A DNA stretch of 64,000 nt from Candidatus Micrarchaeota archaeon (lineage in GTDB: Archaea > Micrarchaeota > Micrarchaeia > Anstonellales > Bilamarchaeaceae), in NCBI GenBank assembly GCA_038046805.1, contig JBBSVO010000004.1:1-64000 (forward strand), in the 5' to 3' direction. Every line of letters starts with the position of its first letter. The stretch's first letter is position 1. Position numbers and translations under genes: made by a program. This document shows, piece by piece, positions 1-9,825 of this stretch. Below the pieces are notes generated by a model, which saw nothing but the letters and a program-made list of their open reading frames with translations, made no database searches and had not been told where the DNA came from.

Positions 1-14
1 ATTGAACCGTAGCA

Positions 15-94
<80 letters not shown>

Positions 95-142
95 TTTCAA
101 CCTTGCGGCCGTACTCCCCAGGCGGCAGACTTAACACTTGCG

Positions 143-171
143 TACCCTTAAGTCGTAAAAAGGGTTCTACG
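143..171 (-). other. 16S insertion/intron (~29 nt, near E. coli pos. ~860)
   Basis: Extra hairpin (ACCCTT/AAGGGT) between CTTAACACTTGCG and CTACGGCAC; boundaries approximate. Confidence 0.7.
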
Positions 172-245
172 CTACGGCACTGCATTATCTTACGATAATG
201 CAACACCACGGTCTGCATAATTTACAGCTGGGACTACCGGGGTAT

Positions 246-295
246 TTAGTTGAAACGAAGTTTCAACAAAAGATTGAAAACTACGTTTTCAAGAT
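246..295 (-). other. 16S insertion/intron (50 nt, 790-loop)
   Basis: Splits GGACTACCGGGGTAT|CTAAT; two hairpins GTTGAAAC-GAA-GTTTCAAC and TTGAAAAC-TAC-GTTTTCAA. Confidence 0.88.
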
Positions 296-390
296 CTAAT
301 CCCGTTCGCTCCCCCAGCTTTCGTCCCTCACCGTCGGACACGTTTTGGGTAGGCGCCTTCGCCACTGGTAGTCCTTCCAGGCTCAACGGA

Positions 391-431
391 ATATAATAGT
401 AACGGGACTCAAAATTCGAGACCCGAAACCC
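391..431 (-). other. 16S insertion/intron (41 nt, 690-loop)
   Basis: Splits CAACGGA|TTTTACCCCTACC; contains four heptamer units. Confidence 0.82.
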
Positions 432-714
432 TTTTACCCCTACCCTGGAAGTACTCCGACCCTCCCCCGTTCCCAAGTCTAGTAGTATTCACTGCACGCG
501 TTAGGGTCAAGCCCCAACATTTCACAGTGGACACACCAAACCGGCTACGGACGCTTTAGGCCCAATATTCGTGGGTACCACTCGAGGCGCTGGTTTTACC
601 GCGGCGGCTGCCACCAGTCTTGCCCACACCCTTATTCTCCAAGCTGTTTACACTTGGCAAAAGATATAAACTAAAAGCTTATATCACTCAGAGTTCCCCT
701 ATCACGCTTGCGCG

Positions 715-753
<39 letters not shown>

Positions 754-1155
754 AGGGTCCTTGTCTCAGTACCCTTCTGGGGGCCACCACTCCCATGGCC
801 CCTAAGGATTATCGGCTTGGTGGGCCGTTACCTCACCAACTACCTTAATCCTCCGCAGTCCCATCCTAAAGCGGACTGGCTCCAATTCACCAGCCATTTA
901 AATGATCAAGCATTCCAGCATAGATCATCAATCGCGGGTTGGCCTCAGTTTCCCAAGGTTGTCCACGTCTTTAGGGCAGGTTGACTACGTGTTACTCAGC
1001 CGTACGCCGCCCTCCCAAGTGAGAGAGCTAACTTGCATGGCTTAGTCGAACTCTGATAGCAGTACCCTCCAGCAGGATCAACTGGAGTTCAAACCAAAGT
1101 TTAAACCAATTGATTCTGCATATTACTTCGAATTTAGAAGCACTTTCGCAATTTC

Positions 1156-1278
1156 CAGAAATCTTACGATTTCTGTCTGTCCAAATTCTTGCGAATTTGA
1201 ACATAGAATTTTGCGAGGAGACACACATTTCAGAAATCTTGCGATTCCTGTTTGTCCAAATCCTTGCGAATTTGAACA
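1156..1278. repeat. Imperfect 48-bp direct repeat (1156-1203, 1231-1278) in the 16S leader
   Basis: CAGAAATCTTACGATTTCTGTCTGTCCAAATTCTTGCGAATTTGAACA vs CAGAAATCTTGCGATTCCTGTTTGTCCAAATCCTTGCGAATTTGAACA; each unit forms two hairpins. Confidence 0.9.
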
Positions 1279-1409
1279 AGCTATTTACTCGTCCAGTACT
1301 TGAAGCATGAGTCAAACTTAGAAATATCTAAGTTTCCATAATTTGCATCCCAATCACAGAGAACGATTGCTCCGTGGTTTTGGGTGAAGGATATATTGTG
1401 ATGCTCCTC

Positions 1410-1424
1410 TTTATAAATCTTCCG
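1410..1424 (-). promoter_or_regulatory. Putative BRE/TATA promoter of the 16S gene
   Basis: Minus strand CGGAAGA-TTTATAAA about 320 nt upstream of the mature 16S 5' end. Confidence 0.55.
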
Positions 1425-1489
1425 CCAGGATTTTCTGAAATGTATCCTTTTTGGTAAGGATTTAAATCTTCATTATCTCATTCTTTTTC

Positions 1490-2344
1490 ATGGAAATTCT
1501 TATAATCGGCGGTTCGCGTTTTTTGGGCCCAATTTTGATTGAGCAATTGCTAAAAAACGGGCATTCTCTATCAGTCTTTAACAGGGGAACCATTAAATCC
1601 GAATATACTTCTGGCGTTCATTTCATTAAAGGAGACCGGAATGGCAGCTTTAATATCGATGATCATTTTGATGTAGTAATAGATACCTGTGCTTATACGG
1701 GTATCCATACCAAAAAAACATTAGACGATCTTGATTTCGACTTTTTTCTTCATATCGGAACTGTGGCATCCTATAAGAGAACGGAACTTTTTCCGCTTAC
1801 CGAATCATCAGAAATTGGTGAATGGCCGTTATGGGGGGATTATAATAAAGGGAAGGTGGAATGCGAAAACGTTCTTGAAAAAAGTGGTGTTAAATACGCG
1901 AGCTTAAGGCCCGTATACATACTCGGTCCGAATAATTACGTAGACCGCGAGCATTTTATCTACTCATGCATTAAAAGAGGAGTTCCGCTGCGTTTGCCGG
2001 GTAATGGCCAGGCATTAGTCCAGTTCGTTTTTTGCAAAGATGTTGTTGATTCGATCGTTCTAATCGCGGAAAATAAGGCTATCGGAGCGTTTAACTGCGC
2101 TGGAGATGAAGTTATAACTCTAATCGGGCTTGTGCAATCAATGGGTAAAATAGCCGGTAAATCCCCCAAAATCGAATTCAATCCAGAAGCAGACGGGGTG
2201 CATTTTGACGAAAGCGAATTTCCTTTTGCAAATGAAAATATGGTTTGTAGTAATGAAAAAATTAAAAAAGCCGGAATCGGGTTTACTCCTCTGATTACCG
2301 GGCTTAAAGCGGATTATCAGCATCATTACAAAAAATCTATCTGA
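1490..2344 (+). CDS. NAD-dependent epimerase/dehydratase family protein
   Basis: N-terminal ILIIGGSRFLG Rossmann motif and YNKGK (YxxxK). Confidence 0.85.
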   Translation: MEILIIGGSRFLGPILIEQLLKNGHSLSVFNRGTIKSEYTSGVHFIKGDRNGSFNIDDHFDVVIDTCAYTGIHTKKTLDDLDFDFFLHIGTVASYKRTELFPLTESSEIGEWPLWGDYNKGKVECENVLEKSGVKYASLRPVYILGPNNYVDREHFIYSCIKRGVPLRLPGNGQALVQFVFCKDVVDSIVLIAENKAIGAFNCAGDEVITLIGLVQSMGKIAGKSPKIEFNPEADGVHFDESEFPFANENMVCSNEKIKKAGIGFTPLITGLKADYQHHYKKSI

Positions 2345-2474
2345 TTTCGCCCGTATCCGAGTGCAATTAACAACCTTTTTAAATTCTCTTGACAAAATAA
2401 CTCAAATACAATATGTAGAGTCTGTTCTAATTATCTTAGAAAAAGACCTATGACTTGAAAAAGGAGGTAAGAAT

Positions 2475-2849
2475 ATGCCATCATATGTAGATGTAGAAAC
2501 ACCGAAGGAACTCGTTCCGAAGATTTTGGAAGCTTTGTCTGCTGCAAAAGAAGGCGGAAAGATAAAGAAAGGTGTAAATGAAACAACTAAGGCAATTGAA
2601 AGAAAGACTGCAAAGCTTGTTGTTGTAGCAGAAGATGTTACTCCAGAAGAAGTAGTCATTCACATTCCAATGCTCTGCAGAGAAAGCGGAATCGCCTGTG
2701 CGTTTGTTCCAACAAAGAAAGAGCTTGGGACGGCAGTCGGTATTCCGGTCGGAACTTCATCCATCGCGATTGAGAATGCAGGTGCAGCCGCGGAATCCAT
2801 TCAGGATCTTTTGAAGAAATTGCCAAAGCCTGCGGCAAAAGCAAAGTAA
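2475..2849 (+). CDS. rpl7ae: 50S ribosomal protein L7Ae
   Basis: KKGVNETTKAIER...AEDVTPEEV signature; AGGAGG SD. Confidence 0.97.
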   Translation: MPSYVDVETPKELVPKILEALSAAKEGGKIKKGVNETTKAIERKTAKLVVVAEDVTPEEVVIHIPMLCRESGIACAFVPTKKELGTAVGIPVGTSSIAIENAGAAAESIQDLLKKLPKPAAKAK

Positions 2850-2869
2850 ATTAATTTAACGTGATTTTT

Positions 2870-3076
2870 ATGGCAGATGGTTATGCGGCTGAAATTGTTG
2901 AAATAAAAACAAAGACTGGCGTTTATGGAGAGATATACCAGGTTCTGTGCAAGGTTCTTGATGGACCGGATGCAGGGCGTGTTATTCTTCGAAATGTCAA
3001 AGGTCCTGTAAAAGAAGGAATGATTATTGTTCTTTTGGACTCTGAGCGTGAAGCAAAGGAGATTCGGGCGAGATAA
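2870..3076 (+). CDS. rps28e: 30S ribosomal protein S28e
   Basis: RVILRNVKGPVKEG...SEREA; conserved L7Ae-S28e-L24e-ndk order. Confidence 0.95.
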   Translation: MADGYAAEIVEIKTKTGVYGEIYQVLCKVLDGPDAGRVILRNVKGPVKEGMIIVLLDSEREAKEIRAR

Positions 3077-3191
3077 TTTCTTCAACGCGTGACATCCCGA
3101 TATATGGGATGGAACGTGGTGTATTGTTGGTGTTATTATGGTTCGAGGAAAAAAGTTTCCGAGAATATAAAAATTTAAGGGTGAAATTTTT

Positions 3192-3377
3192 ATGGTTAAC
3201 TGTTCATTTTGCGATGACGTCGTGCGAAAAGGCACTGGCGTCATGTATATTAAAAAAGATGGAACTTTATTTTATTTCTGTACAACCAAATGCAGGAAAA
3301 ATACGCTCAAACTAAAGCGTGAAGGTCGAAGACAGAAATGGACCAAACGTGCTCGTGCTGTAAAGGCAAAGAAATAA
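3192..3377 (+). CDS. rpl24e: 50S ribosomal protein L24e
   Basis: CSFC...GTGVMY...YFCTTKC...KWT. Confidence 0.95.
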   Translation: MVNCSFCDDVVRKGTGVMYIKKDGTLFYFCTTKCRKNTLKLKREGRRQKWTKRARAVKAKK

Positions 3378-3428
3378 CCAATAAGGAATAATCATTAGCC
3401 GGGAAATAAATGTGATGGCGTGATAATA

Positions 3429-3893
3429 ATGGCAACAACCGAGAGAACACTTGTTTTATTAAAGCCAGATGCAGTCCAGCGCGGTCTCTGCGGAGAGATT
3501 GTCGGCAGGTTTGAAGACAAGGGCCTGAAAATCGTTGGAATGAAAATGATTCATATTACTTCTGCGCTTTCAAAAGAACATTATGCGCATCTTGTTTCAA
3601 AACCATTTTATCCCGACCTCGAGCGTTTCATAACATCCGCTCCGGTGGTTGCGATGGTTCTTGAGGGAAAAGAAGCCGTAGAAGTGGTTCGTTTAATGTG
3701 CGGTCCAACAAACGCAACAAAAGCTTCAGCAGGAACTATTCGCGGGGATCTCTCAAATTCCACTTCAAGAAATGTAATTCATGCGAGCGATTCAAAAGAA
3801 ACCGCTGCAAAGGAAGTTCCGCGTTTCTTCAAGGATTCGGAACTGATGAAGTACGAATTGAATAAGGAATGGCTGTACGCGGGAGATGAATAA
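3429..3893 (+). CDS. ndk: Nucleoside diphosphate kinase
   Basis: ERTLVLLKPDAVQRGL, GTIRGD, NVIHASDS. Confidence 0.97.
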   Translation: MATTERTLVLLKPDAVQRGLCGEIVGRFEDKGLKIVGMKMIHITSALSKEHYAHLVSKPFYPDLERFITSAPVVAMVLEGKEAVEVVRLMCGPTNATKASAGTIRGDLSNSTSRNVIHASDSKETAAKEVPRFFKDSELMKYELNKEWLYAGDE

Positions 3894-3921
3894 TACTTCG
3901 TATAATCTCTCACTTTTCTTC

Positions 3922-4470
3922 TTATCCGCCCCTTACAAACGTCTTCAATGCCGCTAAGAATTTTGCCCCGTGCTGAACTTTTACTACTTTTTCAAGCGCT
4001 ATTAGTTCGCTCAAAAGCGGAAGTTCGGCTATTATCGGGAAAAGTTTCAGCAACCTGAAACCTATAAGCGCGAATGAAATCGGCAATACGGAAAAAATCA
4101 ATAACATATTCTTTTTGACGAATTTCTTTTTATCTCGTGAATCGTTGAACCTCATTGCAACATCAGAAAACAATACCAATGTCACTGGTATATCTATTGC
4201 ATCAATCATTGTCTGCAGTCCGTTGGCATGAATCATTTCAGAATAAAATACATCAAGTATAATCGTTACAAGCATTATCACAAGAGAAAGCACTACCAGT
4301 TGCCCCCATCTTCTTGTCTTGTAAATTTTTGATTTTGTTTTTGTATTGGAATTTCTAAATTCCAATGCTGAAAAATTTTTGTTAAAATTTTTCATTGCAG
4401 TATTGGATTTGGTTCTAGCCCCAGATTTGCGGCTTCCGCTGCTTTTTTTCATTTTTTGCCTGGTTTTCAT
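3922..4470 (-). CDS. Hypothetical membrane protein (ion-transport-like TM segments)
   Basis: Basic N-terminus followed by about three hydrophobic segments. Confidence 0.5.
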   Translation of the reverse strand: MKTRQKMKKSSGSRKSGARTKSNTAMKNFNKNFSALEFRNSNTKTKSKIYKTRRWGQLVVLSLVIMLVTIILDVFYSEMIHANGLQTMIDAIDIPVTLVLFSDVAMRFNDSRDKKKFVKKNMLLIFSVLPISFALIGFRLLKLFPIIAELPLLSELIALEKVVKVQHGAKFLAALKTFVRGG

Positions 4471-4540
4471 GTTCTGTCGCCTATATTTTTATGATGGGTA
4501 AATATTTATAAAGATTGTACCAAGCTCTACTCGGATAGCC

Positions 4541-5029
4541 ATGATTCTTCCAAAACACCATATTGTTAGTTCTGCATTGGTTAGTGATACTTTGCACGAG
4601 AGTCAGTTCCAGCCATGCGGGGTGGATATGACTCTCAAGGTTGCATTTCAGTTCGCAGGAAGCGGAAAGATTGATTTTGACAATAAGGAACGAAAAATCA
4701 GCGAAGTTGTTCCGCTCGAATTTGTTAATGATGAGATTAATCTCCCGCACGGAGCTTATAAGGTTGTTTTCAACGAGTATGTTAAAATTCCGAAAGATGC
4801 CGCTGCATTTTGTTTCCCGCGTTCATCCCTCCTCCGTTGCGGTGCAACGCTTGAATGCGCAGTCTGGGATCCGGGCTATGAAGGCAGGAGTGAGGCGCTT
4901 CTTGTTGTAAGAAATCCGCACGGTGTCGTGTTCAAAAGAAATGCAAAAATAGGCCAGATGGTTTTCGTGAAACTCGCGGATGAGGCAAAGGAGCTTTACG
5001 AAGGGAGATATAAAGGAGAAAACAAATAA
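4541..5029 (+). CDS. dut: dUTPase/dCTP deaminase family protein
   Basis: QPCGVDMT, PRSSLLRCG, WDPGYEGR, IGQMVF motifs. Confidence 0.88.
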   Translation: MILPKHHIVSSALVSDTLHESQFQPCGVDMTLKVAFQFAGSGKIDFDNKERKISEVVPLEFVNDEINLPHGAYKVVFNEYVKIPKDAAAFCFPRSSLLRCGATLECAVWDPGYEGRSEALLVVRNPHGVVFKRNAKIGQMVFVKLADEAKELYEGRYKGENK

Positions 5030-5066
5030 AAGCTATATTTTAAATTGAATACCCCAAAATCCTTTT

Positions 5067-5594
5067 ATGGCAACAGCACTTATTTCTGCGATTCCACATG
5101 CCGTTCCACTGCAAGGCAGAGAGCCGCATTTTACGTCTTTACAAAGATTACGAAAGGTATTTGGTCGGGCAGCGAAAACAACTCCAAGTACTGCTACGCA
5201 AAATTGTGCTCCAGTACCAAAACCAAAAGAGCCTACGCCACAGTTGCAAGCAGAAGAGTTAACAGGACAGTTAGGGAGTTTGCGTAGAAAGATAACTGAT
5301 TTGCTGGGTGGTGTAAAAATCAGTTTTGTAATGTTGGGGGTTGGAGTTGTGGGTTCTGCAATATCTGTTGAATTGGGGGTGGTCGGACTCCAGGAACAAG
5401 GCAATATCCCTAATCCAACGGGTTTACTTTTGTTATCTGTTTGGGGCTTGGAATTAAGTGTCCCGGTAACTTTAGCCGGCATTGGTTTTCTGTTAGATTC
5501 TTCAGTTTCATTACTCAGAACCAGCCTAAAAATCCGCAAACTGCAGAAACAGCTTGATAGTGCAGCACAAGGACCTGCGGAAACTACTAACTAA
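5067..5594 (+). CDS. Hypothetical membrane protein
   Basis: 175-aa ORF with TTTAAA ~25 nt upstream, Pro/basic N-terminus and two hydrophobic segments. Confidence 0.5.
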   Translation: MATALISAIPHAVPLQGREPHFTSLQRLRKVFGRAAKTTPSTATQNCAPVPKPKEPTPQLQAEELTGQLGSLRRKITDLLGGVKISFVMLGVGVVGSAISVELGVVGLQEQGNIPNPTGLLLLSVWGLELSVPVTLAGIGFLLDSSVSLLRTSLKIRKLQKQLDSAAQGPAETTN

Positions 5595-6838
5595 AGCGCG
5601 GCAATCATCTTTTTCAATTCCTCTTCTTTGAAATCCTCCAAATACTTTCCTTCCTTTTGCAATTTCTTGACCAATTTGCCGACGCGTTCGTGCGCCTCAC
5701 GGAACGGCATTCCTTCCATTGCGAGTTTATCTGCGAGTAAGGTGGCGCGGGCATAACCTTTTCTGATTAATTCCTCTCCTTTCGTTTTGTCCCATTTTAT
5801 TTTTGAGATTGTTTCCGCACTTATTGCAAGGCATGCCTTTGTCGTATCTATGCTGTCCATTATTGCGCGTTTGGTTTCCTGTGTATCTGCATTATGACCG
5901 GTTGGAGTCCCCTTCATCATTGTCAGCAATGCCATTAAGTTTCCGTAAATCCTTCCGCTTCTCCCTCGCACTAGTTCAAGCACATCTGGATTCATTTTAT
6001 TCGGCATTATGCTGCTTCCAGTGCAATATTCTTCCGGGATTTCAACAAGTCCAACATAACTAAGCCAGATGAGGTCTTCTGCGATTCTGGAAAGCTGCGT
6101 TGAAATAAGCGAACAAACAAAAGCAAATTCTGCTTCAAGCTCCCCGCGCGAACTAATGGTTTCAATCGTATTCTCTTCCACTCCGTCGAATCCAAGCAGT
6201 TTTGCGGTCATGTTGCTGTCAATCTTCCAGGTTGTTCCGGATATCGCGCACGCACCAAGCGGATTTTTATTGATCCGCACGAAAAGTTGTTTCAGTCGTT
6301 CTATATCCTTTCCAAACGAAATCGAATATGCTTCGCCCCATAATTTGTTTGTTATTGGCTGTGCAACTCTCGTATGCGTATGTGCGGGAATTTCAACAGG
6401 ATTTTTTCCCTGTTCGATAAGCGCTTTTTGCATTCGTTTAAGTAATTCCGCGATTTCCTTTACTTCATCCCGCAAATATAATCTCATGTCCAGGTTTATC
6501 TGGTCATTGCGAGAGCGCGCGGTGTGCATTTTTTTTCCGTGCGGAGTTTTTTTGCTCACTGCGACCTCGATATTCATATGAACGTCTTCAAGATTCTGGT
6601 CAAGTTTGAATTTTCCGGATTTCCATTCCGCGAGCAATTCCTCCAGCGATTTTACTATCTCGTCTGCCTCATCCGTCTTGAGTATCCTCTGCGCTTTCAA
6701 CATTTTTACGTGCGCAATGCTGCCTTTGATATCATAGGGCACAAGTCTCTCATCAACCGAAATATTCTCTCCGCTATTGAATTCAAGTACATTCTTCTTC
6801 GGATCTTTTGAAAATCTTCCGCCCCACAACATTTGCAT
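5591..6838 (-). CDS. argH: Argininosuccinate lyase
   Basis: LWGGRF, HTARSRNDQ, TGSSIMPNKMNPD, GMPFREAH. Confidence 0.97.
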   Translation of the reverse strand: MQMLWGGRFSKDPKKNVLEFNSGENISVDERLVPYDIKGSIAHVKMLKAQRILKTDEADEIVKSLEELLAEWKSGKFKLDQNLEDVHMNIEVAVSKKTPHGKKMHTARSRNDQINLDMRLYLRDEVKEIAELLKRMQKALIEQGKNPVEIPAHTHTRVAQPITNKLWGEAYSISFGKDIERLKQLFVRINKNPLGACAISGTTWKIDSNMTAKLLGFDGVEENTIETISSRGELEAEFAFVCSLISTQLSRIAEDLIWLSYVGLVEIPEEYCTGSSIMPNKMNPDVLELVRGRSGRIYGNLMALLTMMKGTPTGHNADTQETKRAIMDSIDTTKACLAISAETISKIKWDKTKGEELIRKGYARATLLADKLAMEGMPFREAHERVGKLVKKLQKEGKYLEDFKEEELKKMIAAL

Positions 6839-6847
6839 TCACCTGTG

Positions 6848-8083
6848 TCATCCATGCTTTGCTTTGTTGGTTATTGCATGGTGCGCCATCAAACGCACTG
6901 CGTTTATTTTTATAAATCCTTCGGAATCCTTTTGGTTGAACCCACCTGAGATATCCATGCTAGATAATTCCTGATTATATAGCGAGTTCGGGGATTCCCT
7001 TCCTTTCATCAACACGTTTCCTTTGTACAACGAAAGCCAGACTGTACCGTCAATAAGCTCTTGGCTTTTGTCTATTGCTGCCGAAAGAAAATCCATCTCC
7101 GGGCTGAACCAGAATCCGTAATACACCAACTCGGAAAATTTCGGCGCAAGCATATCTCTCAAACGCATAACTTCTCTATCCATGGCAACAGATTCTATGT
7201 CCATGTGGGCCGCGCGTAAGATCGTTGCTCCCGGGGTTTCGTAAATTCCGCGAGATTTTATTCCGACATACCTGTTTTCAACCATATCCATTCTTCCTAT
7301 TCCGTTCTTTCCGCCTATTTCGTTCAGGTATGTGAAAAGCTCCAGCGGTTCTGTTTTTACAGTCCCGTCGCTTTTGTTTACAACCTTTATCGGAATTCCG
7401 TCCTTGAAATGGATTTCAAGTGTGGTTTCTTTATCCGGTGCGTCCTTTGGCGAAGTGGTTTTGCTGTACACACTTTCATCCGGCTGCTTTGCAGGGTCTT
7501 CAAGTATTCCTGCCTCATGGCTTATGTGCATTAGATTATCATCTTCGCTGTATGGCTTGCTTACAGTTGCCTTTACGGGGATCCCCTTTTCGTTTGCATA
7601 GTTTATCAAATCCGTTCTTCCCTTGAATTTTTCGTTGAATTCCGGTATCTTCCACGGTGCGATAACCTTTATTTTTGGATTGAGAGCGTAGTAAGTAAGT
7701 TCAAATCTTACCTGGTCATTCCCTTTCCCGGTTGCCCCGTGCGATACGTACTGGGCGCCCTCCTTTTCTGCAATTTCGATTTGTTTTTTTGCAATCAATG
7801 GTCTTGCAAGCGCGGTTCCGAGAAGATATCTTCCCTCGTAAATCGCGTTTGCCTTAATTGCAGGGAATATAAAATCAGTTACGAATTCCTTTTTCAGGTC
7901 TTCAATATAGACCTTTGATGCACCTACCTTCAATGCCTTTTCTCTTGCAGCTTCGAAGTCATCTTCCTGTCCAACATCCGCGATAAACGCAATCACTTCA
8001 TAGTCCTTTTCAACAAGCCATTTCAGGATACAAGATGTATCAAGACCGCCAGAATAGGCTAAAACTACTTTTTCTTTTGTCAT
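6848..8083 (-). CDS. argG: Argininosuccinate synthase
   Basis: [33 protein letters not shown]. Confidence 0.98.
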   Translation of the reverse strand: MTKEKVVLAYSGGLDTSCILKWLVEKDYEVIAFIADVGQEDDFEAAREKALKVGASKVYIEDLKKEFVTDFIFPAIKANAIYEGRYLLGTALARPLIAKKQIEIAEKEGAQYVSHGATGKGNDQVRFELTYYALNPKIKVIAPWKIPEFNEKFKGRTDLINYANEKGIPVKATVSKPYSEDDNLMHISHEAGILEDPAKQPDESVYSKTTSPKDAPDKETTLEIHFKDGIPIKVVNKSDGTVKTEPLELFTYLNEIGGKNGIGRMDMVENRYVGIKSRGIYETPGATILRAAHMDIESVAMDREVMRLRDMLAPKFSELVYYGFWFSPEMDFLSAAIDKSQELIDGTVWLSLYKGNVLMKGRESPNSLYNQELSSMDISGGFNQKDSEGFIKINAVRLMAHHAITNKAKHG

Positions 8084-8174
8084 AATTAGCACCTCGTTAT
8101 TTGCTATTAGCTTCTAGCCAATAGCTGTTTGTTCCTTTTGACGCATAAAACGAATTTAAATATTGTGTTTTAAA

Positions 8175-8210
8175 TGTTACGTAAATAACATATATGTTCC
8201 AAATGGAACA
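8175..8210. promoter_or_regulatory. Tandem TGTT-N8-AACA boxes between argG and the divergent ACT protein
   Basis: TGTTACGTAAATAACA (8175-8190) and TGTTCCAAATGGAACA (8195-8210). Confidence 0.5.
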
Positions 8211-8234
8211 ATAGTGGTATTTTGATGTGATGTT

Positions 8235-8831
8235 ATGGAAAAAATAAGCGAACTGGTCTGGCTGTATGTGAAGAAGCGCCCATTCCTGCAGGAGGTTCTT
8301 CGTCAGAAGGTTGTAAATTATAGTTCTCTTGCCCGCAGAATTGCAATGGAAGCGTTCGGCTCTAAAAAACAGATTATTGCGGTCAAGGCTGCGCTCATAC
8401 GGCTTTCAGACCGTCTTGCCGCCAAGGGTTATGACATTGAGGAAAAAGTCCTTTCAACCCTTAAAGGCAGTTCAGTAAACATGCAATCAAAGGTTTCAGT
8501 GGTTATCTCGTCTTCGGAATTGCCTGTTCGTCCCATCTCATTTGTAAAAAGCCGGGATTTTATAACCTACATCCTTCGCGGGGATGAAGTGGGAAAACTC
8601 AGGAAGCTAAAGCAGGTAACCCGAATCGAGGAAAACGCGAGCCTGATTGTTATCTCCAGCGGTGAGGATATAGAAGAAACCCCGGGTGTTATTTCAATGA
8701 TGCTGAATTCCATGGCTGCAGAAGGAATAAACGTGATTGAATTCATTTCCTGTTACACCGATACCTTTCTTGTGGTTGCGCAGGCAGATGCCACGCGCGC
8801 ATACGAAGTGCTTGCCTCGCTTACCGATTAG
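8235..8831 (+). CDS. ACT-domain putative regulator
   Basis: N-terminal VVNYSSLARRI helical motif; C-terminal ACT-like TPGVI...EGINVIEFISCYTD; divergent from argGH. Confidence 0.8.
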   Translation: MEKISELVWLYVKKRPFLQEVLRQKVVNYSSLARRIAMEAFGSKKQIIAVKAALIRLSDRLAAKGYDIEEKVLSTLKGSSVNMQSKVSVVISSSELPVRPISFVKSRDFITYILRGDEVGKLRKLKQVTRIEENASLIVISSGEDIEETPGVISMMLNSMAAEGINVIEFISCYTDTFLVVAQADATRAYEVLASLTD

Positions 8832-8860
8832 TTTTTATGTTTTGATTTCCATTTAACTGC

Positions 8861-9061
8861 ATGGGCATAGAGTTGGGTCGTCTTGCTGCGCGTACTATGA
8901 GCATTGAGGAAGCCCGCGTGGTTTCACAGCAGTTTGAATCTCAGGGTTACTCAGTCAATATAAAGGAAATCAAACAAGGTCATCTCTCAATGTTTGAAGT
9001 CTGGGTTTCAAAGGAAAAGGAAGGGTTTTTTGGAAGTGGAAGAAACGTTAAGACAGATTGA
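8861..9061 (+). CDS. Small hypothetical protein
   Basis: 66-aa ATG ORF filling the intergenic gap. Confidence 0.5.
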   Translation: MGIELGRLAARTMSIEEARVVSQQFESQGYSVNIKEIKQGHLSMFEVWVSKEKEGFFGSGRNVKTD

Positions 9062-9178
9062 GGATTGTAGAACAAGTCTTATCTTCAATCCGAAGTATTT
9101 TAACAAGGAGCATAGAAAGAAGTCTAAAAAGCGGACAAATGTGTTTGCACGCTATATTTATACAAATTGGTGGTTGGG

Positions 9179-9805
9179 ATGACTTCTGGGTTTTTGAATG
9201 ACACGTTAAAAAAGCTAAAAGACAAACGAATAATTTTGTTGGTTCTTGCAATGCTCATCTTTTTGTCTCTTTTCTTAGTTGTATCCTATTTCACTCCAAA
9301 TGTGTCCATATATGAAGAAAACAATTCCTTAAAACTCTTATATAAATACAAAGATGCGAGATGCGAAGTCAAATTTCCCGAAGGCTGGGTGGTCATGTTG
9401 CAGGATACTAAATACGAAGTTGGGGAAAACCCCGTACAGGTAAAATCTAACATTAAACTTTATTATTTTATCTGGGCTTCAACTGCTAAACCTGGGCTTC
9501 GGACCGACTTTATAATCTCACAACCTGTTTCTGACATGGATGGAATCTCCTTGAAGAAGGCATTCGAAGAGAAAAAACGTTTATTTGGGAATGCAAGTAA
9601 TATAAGTTTAATGAACATTGGTAATATCTCTGTGTTAGATGTTTCGTCTATTAAAAATAATGGAGAAGATCATTACATTACCTTATTTTTCCCAGAGAAT
9701 ATATCCTTTAATGCACGTTATTCCCCTCGTAGTTATCCCTCAGCAGAAAAAGATCTGGAGTATATACTCAATAATATCTACTGTTTTAGGAGTAATAAAA
9801 ATTAG
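9179..9805 (+). CDS. Hypothetical membrane-anchored protein
   Basis: Single N-terminal TM after a basic patch. Confidence 0.6.
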   Translation: MTSGFLNDTLKKLKDKRIILLVLAMLIFLSLFLVVSYFTPNVSIYEENNSLKLLYKYKDARCEVKFPEGWVVMLQDTKYEVGENPVQVKSNIKLYYFIWASTAKPGLRTDFIISQPVSDMDGISLKKAFEEKKRLFGNASNISLMNIGNISVLDVSSIKNNGEDHYITLFFPENISFNARYSPRSYPSAEKDLEYILNNIYCFRSNKN

Positions 9806-9825
9806 TAATTTGTTGGTGGTAAGCG

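Noticed and set aside
1156..1278. Possible CRISPR array
   Set aside because: Only two imperfect 48-bp units in the rRNA leader, and no cas genes in the window.
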